Shown here: one piece after another, positions 20,461-30,395 of the stretch | Position numbering within the stretch: the first letter of the stretch is position 1 | Layout of the letters: every line of letters begins with the position of its first letter | Assembly: GCA_963793265.1 (NCBI GenBank) | Contig: CAWBZI010000004.1 | Coordinates: forward strand, 416,001 to 480,000 | From: an uncultured cyanobacterium | GTDB lineage: Bacteria > Cyanobacteriota > Cyanobacteriia > Phormidesmidales > Phormidesmidaceae | DNA length: 64,000 nucleotides | Direction of reading: 5' to 3' | Notes under the pieces: generated by a model | The model's input: only the letters and a program-made list of their open reading frames with translations | Database searches by the model: none | Told to the model about the DNA's origin: nothing | Position numbers and translations under genes: made by a program

Positions 20461-21543
20461 TTAGCGCACGGGCTCAATAATACCGCCACCGAGCACCCGT
20501 CCACTACTTTCGTACCAAACAGCCGCCTGTCCGGGCGTTACGCCAAACTGGGGCTCATCAAAAATTATTCTCACACGTTCTGTCTTATCTACAGCCCCAT
20601 CATTGGCCGCAATCGGCACAATCGTCGCCTTCACCGCCTCTGACCGATACCGAATCTGCACTTCCGCCTGAATCGGCCCCATCGGCGCGGCAATCGACAC
20701 CCAGTTCACCCGATGCGCCGTGCACTCGCTATCGGTCACACTATCGCGCTCACCTACAATCACCTGATTGCGCCCTACGTCCAGACTCACCACGTACAGA
20801 GGATTTGGCGCAGCAATCCCGAGTCCGCGCCGCTGCCCAATGGTGTAGTTATGAATACCCTCATGCTGGCCGACCACTTGCCCTGCCGTATCCACAATTT
20901 CGCCCGGCTTAGGCGCAAGATACTTTTCCAAAAAGGTTTTCATTGAGCCGTGCTGTTCGACCAGGCACAAATCTTGGCTTTCGGGTTTATCAGCGGTGTG
21001 TAGGCCGAGTTTGGTTGCGATCGCTCTAGTCTCCGGCTTCGTCTTCTCCCCCAACGGAAACCAGGTCGCCGCCAACTGCGCCTGACTCAAGTCATACAAA
21101 AAGTACGACTGATCCTTATTGCGATCAACCGCTCGCCGTAGCTCATAGCGCCCCGTTTCTGCGTTCTGCGTAATCCGCGCGTAATGCCCCGTGGCAATAT
21201 AGTCCGCGCCCAGCTCATTTACCGCATAGCTCAGCATCGGGCCAAACTTAACGGTGCTATTGCACTGCGAGCAGGGCAGCGGCGTCACGCCTTGCGCATA
21301 GCCATCCACCACATAGTTAATAATGTGCTTTTCAAAAACCTCACGCGAGTCTACAACCTTGTAGTCAATCCCTAGCTCATCACAAAGCTGCGCTGCGTCG
21401 GTCATGCCTTCTGAGCAGCACTGCCCTTTGCCCTTCATCAGCCAAAGCGTCAGGCCCGTCACATCATGGCCCTGCTCGTGAAGGGTAGCCGCTGCTACTG
21501 AGCTATCAACACCACCCGATAAACCGACAACAATTTTACTCAT
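20461..21543 (-). CDS. mnmA: tRNA 2-thiouridine(34) synthase
   Basis: 'GLSGGVDS', 'ATGHYA', 'KDQSYFL', 'ESQDLC', 'TIGQRRG', 'PGQAAV'. Start set at ATG 21543 (MSKIVVG). Confidence 0.96.
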   Translation of the reverse strand: MSKIVVGLSGGVDSSVAAATLHEQGHDVTGLTLWLMKGKGQCCSEGMTDAAQLCDELGIDYKVVDSREVFEKHIINYVVDGYAQGVTPLPCSQCNSTVKFGPMLSYAVNELGADYIATGHYARITQNAETGRYELRRAVDRNKDQSYFLYDLSQAQLAATWFPLGEKTKPETRAIATKLGLHTADKPESQDLCLVEQHGSMKTFLEKYLAPKPGEIVDTAGQVVGQHEGIHNYTIGQRRGLGIAAPNPLYVVSLDVGRNQVIVGERDSVTDSECTAHRVNWVSIAAPMGPIQAEVQIRYRSEAVKATIVPIAANDGAVDKTERVRIIFDEPQFGVTPGQAAVWYESSGRVLGGGIIEPVR

Positions 21544-21713
21544 GAAATGACGAATAGGACAGAGAATCCTGTTTAAAGAACCGCTGTCAATGCTCAACTG
21601 TAAATACCTCATTAGGCTAGCATTTACAGCCAATAATATTGATGATTATCTAAACAGAGCGTTCGGCTTAAAGTTAATGTAGGACTATTCATGCGCTACA
21701 AAAGAAGATAACC

Positions 21714-21965
21714 ATGACACCTAAAGAGCTTCTCATCAAAGAAATCGAGCATGTGCCCGATACGGTGGTAGAAGAACTGCTCGATTTTTTGCTGATATCA
21801 AAGATGAAGCATCACCGCCAGCAGTCTCAAGAACAATCCTTTGCTGGTTTTATAGAGACGTTGGTTTCAGACATTCCCTCAGAAACCATCAACTCTTTAC
21901 CTGCTGATAGTGCCGCTGAGCACGATCACTATATCTACGGCAGTCCTAAAAAAGAAACTCGTTAA
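21714..21965 (+). CDS. Putative antitoxin (DUF2281-like N-terminus)
   Basis: 83 aa, ends 2 nt before the PIN gene; 'ELLIKEIEHVPD...ELLDFL' and 'LPADSAAEHDHYIYG'. Confidence 0.7.
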   Translation: MTPKELLIKEIEHVPDTVVEELLDFLLISKMKHHRQQSQEQSFAGFIETLVSDIPSETINSLPADSAAEHDHYIYGSPKKETR

Positions 21966-21967
21966 GC

Positions 21968-22387
21968 ATGAAGCCCATTTTCGCTGATACGTTTTACTGG
22001 ATAGCATTGCTCAACCCAGGGGATGATTGGCATCGAGCCGCGCTTCTTTATGCTCGTCAAAATTCAGACGCTTCTCTTGTCACGACCGATGGCGTTCTTG
22101 ATGAAGTCCTCAACTATGCATCAACAAGAGGCAAGCTGATGCGACAAAAAGCACTGTCGCTGTGCGCTCGAATCGTTCGAGATCAAAACATGATGGTCAT
22201 CACTTACACCTCAGAACTGAGAGAGTCAGGATTTTCGCTTTATAAAGACAGGCCAGATAAGGCTTATAGCTTAACAGACTGTATTTCAATGGTTGTCATG
22301 AGGAAAATGAACATCAGCCAGGTTCTCACTCATGATAAGCATTTCACGCAAGAGGGTTTTACTATTCTCTTCAAAGATGAAGCCTAG
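21968..22387 (+). CDS. vapC: VapC-family PIN-domain toxin
   Basis: 'FADTFYWIAL', 'VLDEVL', 'YSLTDCIS', 'THDKHF.QEGF': acidic PIN residues present. Confidence 0.9.
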   Translation: MKPIFADTFYWIALLNPGDDWHRAALLYARQNSDASLVTTDGVLDEVLNYASTRGKLMRQKALSLCARIVRDQNMMVITYTSELRESGFSLYKDRPDKAYSLTDCISMVVMRKMNISQVLTHDKHFTQEGFTILFKDEA

Positions 22388-22404
22388 AGCCTAACTGAAA
22401 GGCT

Positions 22405-24787
22405 TCATATTTTTGCAACTGTCACACCTTTTCCTCCATCCATCTGCTCTGCCGCCTCAAAGCTTTTCACCTGTGGATGCGTTTTCAAATACTCATGAAC
22501 GCCGTGCCTCAGTTTGCCTGTACCGTGACCGTGAATCAGCCACAGCGGGCCGTTGGCATGAGCGATCGCCTCTTCCATCACACTCTCTGCTTCCACCACC
22601 CGCATCCCGCGCAAATCCACCGTATTGCTCTCAGTCTTCACCATCGGCGCTTCCGGCGGCGGCATCTTCGGCATCGGCTGAGCCTTCGGCGGCTTCTCAA
22701 CCACCTCTGCCTTCTCTCCTCTGAGCGACTCAATATCCGAGAGATCGACCGTCATCTTCATAATGCCAAAGCGCACGGCGACCTTATTATCGTCGTCTGC
22801 TTCTTCCAACACATCTGCAAGCTGACCGCCCAAGCTAGAAAGCCTCACGCGCTCACCGACTTTCGGCCGATACCCACGCCCACTAGATTTTACTTTGGCC
22901 GGATGCTTCCCAGTCGGCAACCGCTTTTCTTCAATCGCATTCAGCGCTTCAGTCGCCTTCTGAGCGTCTTGCCCTGTCTGTCCGCCTTTTTGCAAATCAC
23001 GAATCACCTTAGCCACCTCAGCACGAGCGTGAAGTAGGGCAGTTTCTACGTCTTTTTCCTGCTGCCGCTTCATTTTGTCTTCGCGATCGCGCAAGCTCTG
23101 AGCCCGAGCCTCCACTTCCTTATAAAACTTCTCCGCCTTCGCTCACCAGCCGCTCCGCCTCTTCCGCCCGCTTCTCCTGCCGCTGCCGCTGCGCCTCTAG
23201 CCCCTCAATCACCTGATTCACGTCTTCATTCGCACCGCCCATCTGCTGCTTAGCGCGTTCGAGTACGCTTTCTCTTAAGCCCAGCCGCCGCGCAATAGAA
23301 AGCGCGTTCGATCGACCAGGAATACCCCACAGCAGGCGATAGGTCGGTGCTAGCTTCACATCGTCAAACTCTACCGAGGCGTTTTCAAAGCGGTCGTCTT
23401 CGTACTTCAAAGACTTGAGTTCGCCGTAGTGAGTGGTTGCGACCGTGAGGCGGGTGCGCTCGGCTAGGTGCTTGAGCAGTGCGATCGCCAATGCACTTCC
23501 CTCAGAAGGATCGGTACCCGCGCCAACTTCATCCAGCAGAACCAGAGAACTTTCATGATCCTCAATCTCATCTAGAATCCGTCCAATGCGCTTCACATGG
23601 CCCGAAAACGTTGAAAGACTTTGTTCAATAGACTGTTCATCTCCAATGTCAGCAAGCACCGCGTCAAACCACGGCAGTTCCACAGGCTCACGAGCAGGCA
23701 CAAACATGCCCACTTTCGCCATCAGAGCAGCTAGGCCCAAGGTCTTAAGCGTAACCGTCTTTCCGCCCGTGTTCGGGCCTGTAATTGCGACTACTCTAAG
23801 GTCAGGGCGAATAGTGAGATCTGTTGGAACAACTTTTGCACTTTGTTCTTTTTTCTGTTGCCATAGCAGCAAAGGATGCTTAAGCTGACGCAGCGTAATC
23901 TGTTCGTCTTCAACAAATCTGGGTGCATTACCTTCCATCCACAGCCCATAGCGTGCGCGGGCCGCTGCTAAGTCTAGCCGCACAACCGTGATAACTAAGT
24001 GCTCAAGGTCAGGCAGCACTTCTGATACCTTAAACGTGAGGCGCTGACGAATAATTTCAGTTTCAACCTCTTCCTCTTTACGCAAGGCGCGGCGCTTATT
24101 GCCATTCTCAACAACGCTATGGGGTTCTACATATAGCGTGGCTCCGCTGGTTGATACGTCATGAACAATGCCGGGAATAGCGTCTTTGCGATCTGCTTTA
24201 ACCGGGATTACAAAGCGATCGCTCCTCTGCGTAATCAAGCTCTCCTGCACCGCGCCGCTCTGCCGCTGAATGATGCGCTGAAGTTTGGAATAGATGCGAT
24301 CGCGAACAACCTTCAACTGCTGACGAACGCTCGCCAGCTTATCACTCGCCCGGTCGGCTACTTTCCCCCGGTCATCAATGCAGCGATGAATCTCCTGCTC
24401 TAATTCTGGAAACGTCCGCACGTCAGCCACTAAAGCCTGAAGCACAGGCAAATCTTCGCGCGCATCTATCTGTCTTCGCAGCCTTCTCGTCCCGGCTAGC
24501 GTTGTTGCAATATCTAGCAGCTCCTCTCCTGAGAGAATGCCCTGCACCTCTGCTCGCTGCAAAGCCACGCCAATATCTCGAATGCCGCCAAACTGTAGGC
24601 CACCCACGGTTGATTCTAGCTGCGTAGCTTCCACGGTCTGAGCAAGTAGCTGCTCGCTTTCATCACGGGTTTTTGGAATCGGCAATCGCTGTGCGGCAGT
24701 CGTGCCAATATTGGTCGCGGTAAACGTTGCTAAATGGCGGCAAAGCCGGGGCCATTCTAATAGATCGAGCGTTTCAGATTGAATCAA
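22405..24787 (-). pseudogene. mutS2: Endonuclease MutS2 interrupted by a one-base insertion near 23136-23139 (real mutation or sequence error)
   Basis: 5' ORF has Walker A GPNTGGKT, 'DEVGAGTDP' and 'TTHY'. 3' ORF has the coiled coil, KOW-like segment and Smr domain ('VDLRGM', 'HGHGTGKL'). Removing one base from GAAGGCG restores ...LVSEAEKFYKEVEARAQ. Confidence 0.9.
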
Positions 24788-24907
24788 GAGGAATTTAGTG
24801 GGTGCCTAGAAAATTGACGTGCTTATGAGGTGTAGAAACCTTTAGACATTTCTCTCTATTATAAGTACTACAACCCGGCAAGTATACGTAATTCGGAGGA
24901 GCCTGCT

Positions 24908-26134
24908 ACGTTACCCTCACCTTTACTCATCCATAACTACAGCGGCGACTCACTCGTGCCTAAGAAGCTGGCTATTAAGCCTGCTAATTTAGCGATCGCC
25001 CTATCGGCCATCGAGCTATTCCAAAGCGCCGTAGGCAAACCCCAAAAGGAACTCGACCAGCAGCTTCATCTTTGGGAAGGCGAAGGCACTGACTATCGTA
25101 TTAAGCGTGGCCTCGCCCATATTTTGAGCAGTAGCTTTAGTGAGTTTGAAATTGTGAGTCCGTTAGAGCCTGGGGTGCTGCGCGATCGCATCTTCACCCT
25201 CGCCGCGACCACCACCCCAACCCCAACCGCCGCCAAAACGCACCTAGCCACACTCGCCGCCCAGCTCACCCAAGAACTAGACCGTGACGTAGAGCCCATC
25301 CACATCAGCCAGGGTCTATACGCAGACCTTAAGGAAAATCGTATTCTCACCAGCTTTGATGCGCCCGCCCCAGAAGCCTTGCTGCACCGCTACAACCTCT
25401 CTCAAGTCCAGGGCATCTTCTACAAAGCCAGCCACGTGGTTATGAATCTGCACCGCAACGACCCTGGCGAGTACAAGCTGATGTTCAAGTACCTCAAGCT
25501 ATTTCGCCTAATGACCTATATCGAAGGCGAAGCTGATCAAGGCTTCACCATTACCATTGATGGCCCGGCTAGCTTATTCAAGGCGAGCACACGCTACGGC
25601 GTTGATATTGCTAAGCTCATCCCGGCTATTTTACACGTCACCCGCTGGCAGCTCGCCGCTAAGCTTCAGTGGAAAAACCCCTACACCAAAACCTCTCAAG
25701 AAAAAACCTTCAGCCTTGCTGATACCTGTGATTTAGTCAGTCACTACCCTCCTGGCAAACCCTACGACAGCATGTTAGAGCAGGCGTTTGCTGAAAAATG
25801 GGCAAAAACCAAAACAGAATGGCAGCTAGAGCGCGAGGTAGATTTGGTACCGATTCCTGGTAGCGTCATGATTCCAGACTTTCGGCTAGTACATCCCGAT
25901 GGCCGTGTGTTCTTGCTGGAAATTGTGGGCTACTGGCGACCTGAGTATTTACGCAAGAAGTTCTATCAGGTCAGCCAGGCTGAGAGTAATAACTTGATCT
26001 TGGCTGTCTCAGAACGATTGAATTTAGAGAAGGCCGGGGTCGATACGCGCAATGTCTCAGCCAAGATGGTTTGGTTCAAAGATAAGTTGCAGCCCAAGGC
26101 CGTGCTTGAGGCTATCGATGCTGCTACGGAATAG
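24908..26134 (+). CDS. DUF790 family predicted nuclease (Bax1-like, PD-(D/E)xK fold)
   Basis: 'YNLSQVQG', 'IDGPASLF...RYG', 'YDSMLE', 'IPDF', 'EIVGYW.PEYL'. The frame extends upstream of GTG 24956 to ACG 24908 (xLPSPLLIH), behind SD GGAGGAG. Confidence 0.88.
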   Translation, partial: TLPSPLLIHNYSGDSLVPKKLAIKPANLAIALSAIELFQSAVGKPQKELDQQLHLWEGEGTDYRIKRGLAHILSSSFSEFEIVSPLEPGVLRDRIFTLAATTTPTPTAAKTHLATLAAQLTQELDRDVEPIHISQGLYADLKENRILTSFDAPAPEALLHRYNLSQVQGIFYKASHVVMNLHRNDPGEYKLMFKYLKLFRLMTYIEGEADQGFTITIDGPASLFKASTRYGVDIAKLIPAILHVTRWQLAAKLQWKNPYTKTSQEKTFSLADTCDLVSHYPPGKPYDSMLEQAFAEKWAKTKTEWQLEREVDLVPIPGSVMIPDFRLVHPDGRVFLLEIVGYWRPEYLRKKFYQVSQAESNNLILAVSERLNLEKAGVDTRNVSAKMVWFKDKLQPKAVLEAIDAATE

Positions 26135-26144
26135 CGGTCATCCT

Positions 26145-26360
26145 TTACACAGCCAAAGGTGTAATTGAATAGAGCTTTGCTTCTTTCGCAGCGCTCTCCA
26201 TATCACCAGCTTTCAGTGCGCGCCGCAATCTATCAATGCGATCAAGTTCACTTGGGTTGATGTGTGGCCCCCAAGCTTCTAGCTCGTCCGTCATTGACAC
26301 CTCAATTTCGGCCATAACACCGCCTACATAAATTCTTTTGGTTCTTGTAAAAGTAGCCAC
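26145..26360 (-). CDS. Small hypothetical protein, probable antitoxin partner of the DUF4258 gene
   Basis: GTG at 26360 overlaps the upstream TAG (TAGTG), SD AGGAGG; 71 aa, 'AEIEV...WGPHI...RRALKAGD'. Confidence 0.7.
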   Translation of the reverse strand: MATFTRTKRIYVGGVMAEIEVSMTDELEAWGPHINPSELDRIDRLRRALKAGDMESAAKEAKLYSITPLAV

Positions 26361-26686
26361 TACTGCCTCCTTTTTAATTGAGCATCCCACCTAGCTGGAT
26401 CGGGAATATAAGCTGTGATCAGAACTGCTGGCTCATCAAATCCTTTAGGGATTCCCCATACACAGTGCACCACACGGTTATCATTAGCCCTTTGAAATAG
26501 TAAAACCGCTGGCCCTTTCGCAAACTCAGGATAGAACTCTATAACCTCTACGGTTCCATCTAACGAGGCGATGTCCCCACGTTCTAAATCATCTTCAATA
26601 AGAGCGTTTAACGCATGTTCAGAAATCTTATAGCTGCCATCTTTGACTAGATCTTTGACCTTTTTTAGAAAACTTGCCTTTTCCAT
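26360..26686 (-). CDS. DUF4258 family protein (putative RelE-like toxin)
   Basis: 'YKISEHA', 'IEFYPE..KGP', 'HCVWG', 'ITAYIPDPARW'. Start at ATG 26686 or 26695. Confidence 0.8.
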   Translation of the reverse strand: MEKASFLKKVKDLVKDGSYKISEHALNALIEDDLERGDIASLDGTVEVIEFYPEFAKGPAVLLFQRANDNRVVHCVWGIPKGFDEPAVLITAYIPDPARWDAQLKRRQ

Positions 26687-26946
26687 ATCTCTCATTCTAC
26701 GCCGTGGGCTGAGATACAGCGATTTCTTATAGAACCTCACCAGAAAGCTTGATCGACGCGGATTTTTGGGCAGAAGTAGGTGCACGTGAAGCTCTAAAGA
26801 AGCTTTAGAAGCGGCTTTAGAAGGGAATGCTTAGAGCAGCCTTGAATACTCCTATCCGCTAGATTTATCTTTTTGGAAATAAATCGGCTCCCTTAAGCAG
26901 GCTTAGGGCACCTTAAATACACCAAGCCGTTGAATCTACTGAAACT

Positions 26947-27321
26947 ATGAGCACAATATTAGTCGTAGATGACAGCCCTATGCTCCGAGAGATGATTTCT
27001 GGTCTTTTGGACAAGTCGGGTCTAACCATTTCAGTCGCCAAAGATGGCCAGGAAGCGAAAGAAAAAATTGTCGCCGATCCCCCAGATTTGGTCGTGCTCG
27101 ATGTCGTAATGCCCAACATGAACGGCTACGAGCTTTGCCGCTGGGTAAAAAGCACAGAGTCTACCCAACACGTGCTAGTAATCTTATGCTCCTCTAAGAG
27201 CGAAGAATTTGACCGCTACTGGGGCATTAAGCAGGGCGCAGATGCCTACGTCATCAAGCCTTTTCGGCCTGGCGAGCTGCTAAGCACCGTTCAAACACTA
27301 CTTGCCAGCAAGGTCGCCTAG
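26947..27321 (+). CDS. Single-domain response regulator (CheY/PilH-like)
   Basis: 'VVDDS', phosphoacceptor in 'LDVVMP', 'DRYWG.KQGADAY..KPF'. Confidence 0.93.
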   Translation: MSTILVVDDSPMLREMISGLLDKSGLTISVAKDGQEAKEKIVADPPDLVVLDVVMPNMNGYELCRWVKSTESTQHVLVILCSSKSEEFDRYWGIKQGADAYVIKPFRPGELLSTVQTLLASKVA

Positions 27322-27370
27322 CCTCCTTAATAATAAAAAACTAAAATTACATACCAATCACATACTCAAG

Positions 27371-27409
27371 AGCCCGCCGTTTAGAATTTAGACGACGGGT
27401 TATTTTTAT
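27371..27409 (+). terminator. Probable rho-independent terminator
   Basis: AGCCCGCCGTTTA-GAATT-TAGACGACGGGTT stem (with G-U pairs) followed by ATTTTT. Confidence 0.65.
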
Positions 27410-27442
27410 GGCTCGATTTAATCTTTACGCCGCACCGCTTTT

Positions 27443-28456
27443 ATGGCTACCAAACGCGCATCTCTACCGCCCGGTCTGCTCGTTCGCACCGGCAAATTTG
27501 TGTGGAATACGCTGTGGCACACCATGATGTCGCAGATGGCTCCACGCAGTAAAGATGGCGCTTACGTCAGGCCGCAAAGTGCATTTCGTGATCGCACCGT
27601 CACCCCATCACCCCAACGCTATTTCCTCATCGTCGGCATGAGCTGCCCTTGGGCTCACCGCACCCTAGTCACCCGCGCCCTCAAAGGTCTTACCGAAACT
27701 ATCGGCACCTATACCGTCTATCCCTCCACCGACGAAGGTCGATGGCTATTCGATCTTTCTCAACCCAATTTACCTTTCTCAGACTGCCGCTCTCTACCCG
27801 ACTTTTACAGCCGTTGCCACCCAGGCTATAAAGGCCGCGCCACCGTACCCGTGCTGTGGGATAGCCAAACGCAAACCATCGTAAACAACGAAAGTGCCGA
27901 TATTATCGAGCTGCTTAATAGCGAATTCCAAGCGCTTGCCTCCGGGCCTGATCTTTATCCAGAGCACCTACGCAACGAGATAGATGCGCTCAACGATAAA
28001 GTCTACGCCACCGTCAACAATGGCGTATATCGCTGTGGATTTTCTCAAACTCAAGCGGCTTATGACCAGGCAGTTAATGAGCTGTTTAGTACGTTAGACG
28101 AGCTGGATGAAAGGCTAACTGACTCACGCTATCTATTCGGTAATGAGCTGACGCTGGCTGACGTTCGCCTCTTTACGACCCTGATTCGTTTTGACGTGTC
28201 TTACCACGGAATTTTTAAGTGCAATCGTCGTCGCATTGCAGACTATTCACATCTCAGCGGCTACCTGCGCGACCTCTACCAGCTTCCAGGGATTGCTGAA
28301 ACTTGCGATATAGAAGCCGTTAAGCGCGATTATTACGGCAATTTGTTTCCTTTAAATCCAGGCGGCATTGTGCCGATAGGGCCAGGATGGGATGAACTCA
28401 AAGCGCCTCATGAGCGAGACGCCTTAGTTCGGCTGGCAGCAGATGCCAAAGACTGA
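27443..28456 (+). CDS. Glutathionyl-hydroquinone reductase (GST Xi/omega-like, YqjG family)
   Basis: CPWA active site, 'TVPVLWD', 'NNESADII', 'NNGVYRCGF', 'TLIRFD', 'NPGGIVP.GP'. Confidence 0.92.
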   Translation: MATKRASLPPGLLVRTGKFVWNTLWHTMMSQMAPRSKDGAYVRPQSAFRDRTVTPSPQRYFLIVGMSCPWAHRTLVTRALKGLTETIGTYTVYPSTDEGRWLFDLSQPNLPFSDCRSLPDFYSRCHPGYKGRATVPVLWDSQTQTIVNNESADIIELLNSEFQALASGPDLYPEHLRNEIDALNDKVYATVNNGVYRCGFSQTQAAYDQAVNELFSTLDELDERLTDSRYLFGNELTLADVRLFTTLIRFDVSYHGIFKCNRRRIADYSHLSGYLRDLYQLPGIAETCDIEAVKRDYYGNLFPLNPGGIVPIGPGWDELKAPHERDALVRLAADAKD

Positions 28457-29668
28457 GGTAAATCCGTGTAAGAAGGTGGTTGCACCTACTGGGCCGATCT
28501 CTCCGTTGCAAAAGAACCCGCCAATCGGCAAAGGGCCTAAATACTGCTCGAATAAATCGGAGTCAAAATTAGGCTCGTCGTAAAGCCCCTCACCTCGTCC
28601 GGTGCAGGAAAACAAGAGCGCTCCGACGGGCGATGAGCCTTGATCGCCCAAATTATTTTCTAAGCTCTCTACTCGATAGCGGCGCAGTAGATTTTCGAGA
28701 TCTTCAGCGGAGGTTTGGGCATCGCGCATATGAAACTGAATACGCATCCCCGGACGGATCTTATCGGCTACAGCAATAGATCCGTTTCGTGGGTCTACGC
28801 CGACCAGATTGCGAATTAAGAAGTCGCGACGAGTCAAGCTGGGCTTAAAGCCGCTTTGAGCAACGCCAATAAAGAGTGCGTTTTGCGCCAGCTCGCGGTC
28901 TTCTTCGTCCATGGCCTGAAAGATGTTTTGCAAAACTTCTAAAGGCGTTTCGGATGCTGGATTATCGCCTACATTTTCTTGCTCTAATTTGAGCATGATG
29001 TTGCGATCGCCCTCACTCACCCGATACAGCTCACCAATAGGCCGACACCCCTGCGCCACAATTGCCTCCATTACAATCTCACCCGAAAGTGCTACCCCCA
29101 CAATGCCCTCTCGATGCAGCTTCGTTTGGCAAAACAATCCACTGCTACGGTTAAAACTTTCAATGCCAGCAAGCCCGCCCACTTTCACACACCCCGGATA
29201 GGCAAAATCTACGCCCTGTAAAAGCTCGCTAGTACCCGATGAAAAAGGATCGGCCATCAGTACAAAGCTCGGCTGAGCCTCCGCCTTCACCCCAATCAAC
29301 TCGCTCCACCGCTCAGGCGGACTGTCTAAATCAGGCAAATCAGCCGCCGTCAGATGAAAGCTCTTGATATCCACATTAGGTAGATGCGCCAGCGTCAGGC
29401 TTAGAGCAGGCCCCTCCTCAATCTCTTCAGGAAACTCATCAGACATTCCAATCACGCCAGTGCCGCTACAGCCTACAACATGCGTAATCCCTAGCTGCTC
29501 TTTAATCAACGGCAGCAGCCGAGCATACTCGCTAGCAAAGGCGACAGAAACAAACACCAAAGCCAAATCAGGCTTTTCACTGCCTAGCTGTTCAGTCGCA
29601 TTTTGGATGACTTCTTTTACCGCAGCTTCTAGAGAAGCACTTGTCGAAATCGCACTCGCCCACTTCAT
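28424..29668 (-). CDS. FIST N/C domain sensory protein
   Basis: 'GCSGTG', 'GGLA', 'QGCRPIG', 'FSCTGRG', 'GFFCNGEIGP', 'HGFT'. Confidence 0.92.
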   Translation of the reverse strand: MKWASAISTSASLEAAVKEVIQNATEQLGSEKPDLALVFVSVAFASEYARLLPLIKEQLGITHVVGCSGTGVIGMSDEFPEEIEEGPALSLTLAHLPNVDIKSFHLTAADLPDLDSPPERWSELIGVKAEAQPSFVLMADPFSSGTSELLQGVDFAYPGCVKVGGLAGIESFNRSSGLFCQTKLHREGIVGVALSGEIVMEAIVAQGCRPIGELYRVSEGDRNIMLKLEQENVGDNPASETPLEVLQNIFQAMDEEDRELAQNALFIGVAQSGFKPSLTRRDFLIRNLVGVDPRNGSIAVADKIRPGMRIQFHMRDAQTSAEDLENLLRRYRVESLENNLGDQGSSPVGALLFSCTGRGEGLYDEPNFDSDLFEQYLGPLPIGGFFCNGEIGPVGATTFLHGFTSVFGICCQPN

Positions 29669-29944
29669 ATTTGGGGATTCCTAAAACAATTCTATGGATA
29701 GAGCATTTTATTCATTTGGGCTGACATACTGTTAAGCAAGTTCAGCTCAGGTTGCCTGCGCTGCTTGTGATGCTCTTTCGCAAAAAGCGAATAGAAAGCA
29801 TGAGTAGTCTCGGTTTTCGAGGCATCTCACTTGCCATTTTGGACGCCTGTTAAACTGCCATCTATGATACGGCAGTTTGGCAAATGGCCAAGCTAGAATG
29901 AGCAAGAATCATACCTCCATAAAATTTACTCAATACGGTTTGCC

Positions 29945-30163
29945 ATGAGCGACATTCAAGAAAAAATCAAGACTGAGATCGAATCTGCTCGCGAAGCTTG
30001 CTCCACTGAAGACACTGAGGGGTGTGCAGCAGCTTGGGATGCGGTTGAAGAGCTTCAGGCTGAAGCTGCTCACCAGCGCTCAAAAGTGCCTGAGAAGTCT
30101 TCTTTTGACAAGTACTGCGACGACAATCCCGAAGCAGACGAGTGCCGCGTCTACGACAACTAA
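29945..30163 (+). CDS. cp12: Calvin cycle regulator CP12
   Basis: AWDAVEEL core, N-terminal Cys pair and C-terminal 'YCDDNPEADECRVYD'. Confidence 0.97.
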   Translation: MSDIQEKIKTEIESAREACSTEDTEGCAAAWDAVEELQAEAAHQRSKVPEKSSFDKYCDDNPEADECRVYDN

Positions 30164-30206
30164 ATTGCTGAGGCTTTACTGCTTTTAGGGCTCGTAAAGA
30201 TCGATG

Positions 30207-30262
30207 ACGTGAAGGAAAAAGAATCTACCCACCTGTGGATGTTCTTTTTCCTTCACGTTTTT
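30207..30262 (+). terminator. Long stem-loop terminator after cp12
   Basis: Perfect 17-bp arms ACGTGAAGGAAAAAGAA (30207-30223) and TTCTTTTTCCTTCACGT (30242-30258), then TTTT. Confidence 0.85.
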
Positions 30263-30395
30263 GTCGTTTTTGCGCTGTACTACGCAGCGGTTTCTACCCA
30301 ATTTTTGCCTACCCGCCATACTGGGTTGACAAATCATCTTTTTGTTGCGCAGTAGGTGCTACATTGATGATTGCTCATTTACCCCTCGTCGTTAC

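Noticed and set aside
21544..21633. N-terminal extension of mnmA (similar extensions on cruF, DAHP synthase, dapF, surE and DUF4258)
   Set aside because: Family similarity begins at downstream ATG codons.
22413..23037. Plus-strand ORFs of 103 and 186 aa
   Set aside because: Antisense to the mutS2 3' half.
23120..23135. Programmed +1 frameshift at GTT TTA TAA in mutS2
   Set aside because: It does not match the prfB CTT-TGA site, I know of no recoding in mutS2, and a single indel explains the sequence.
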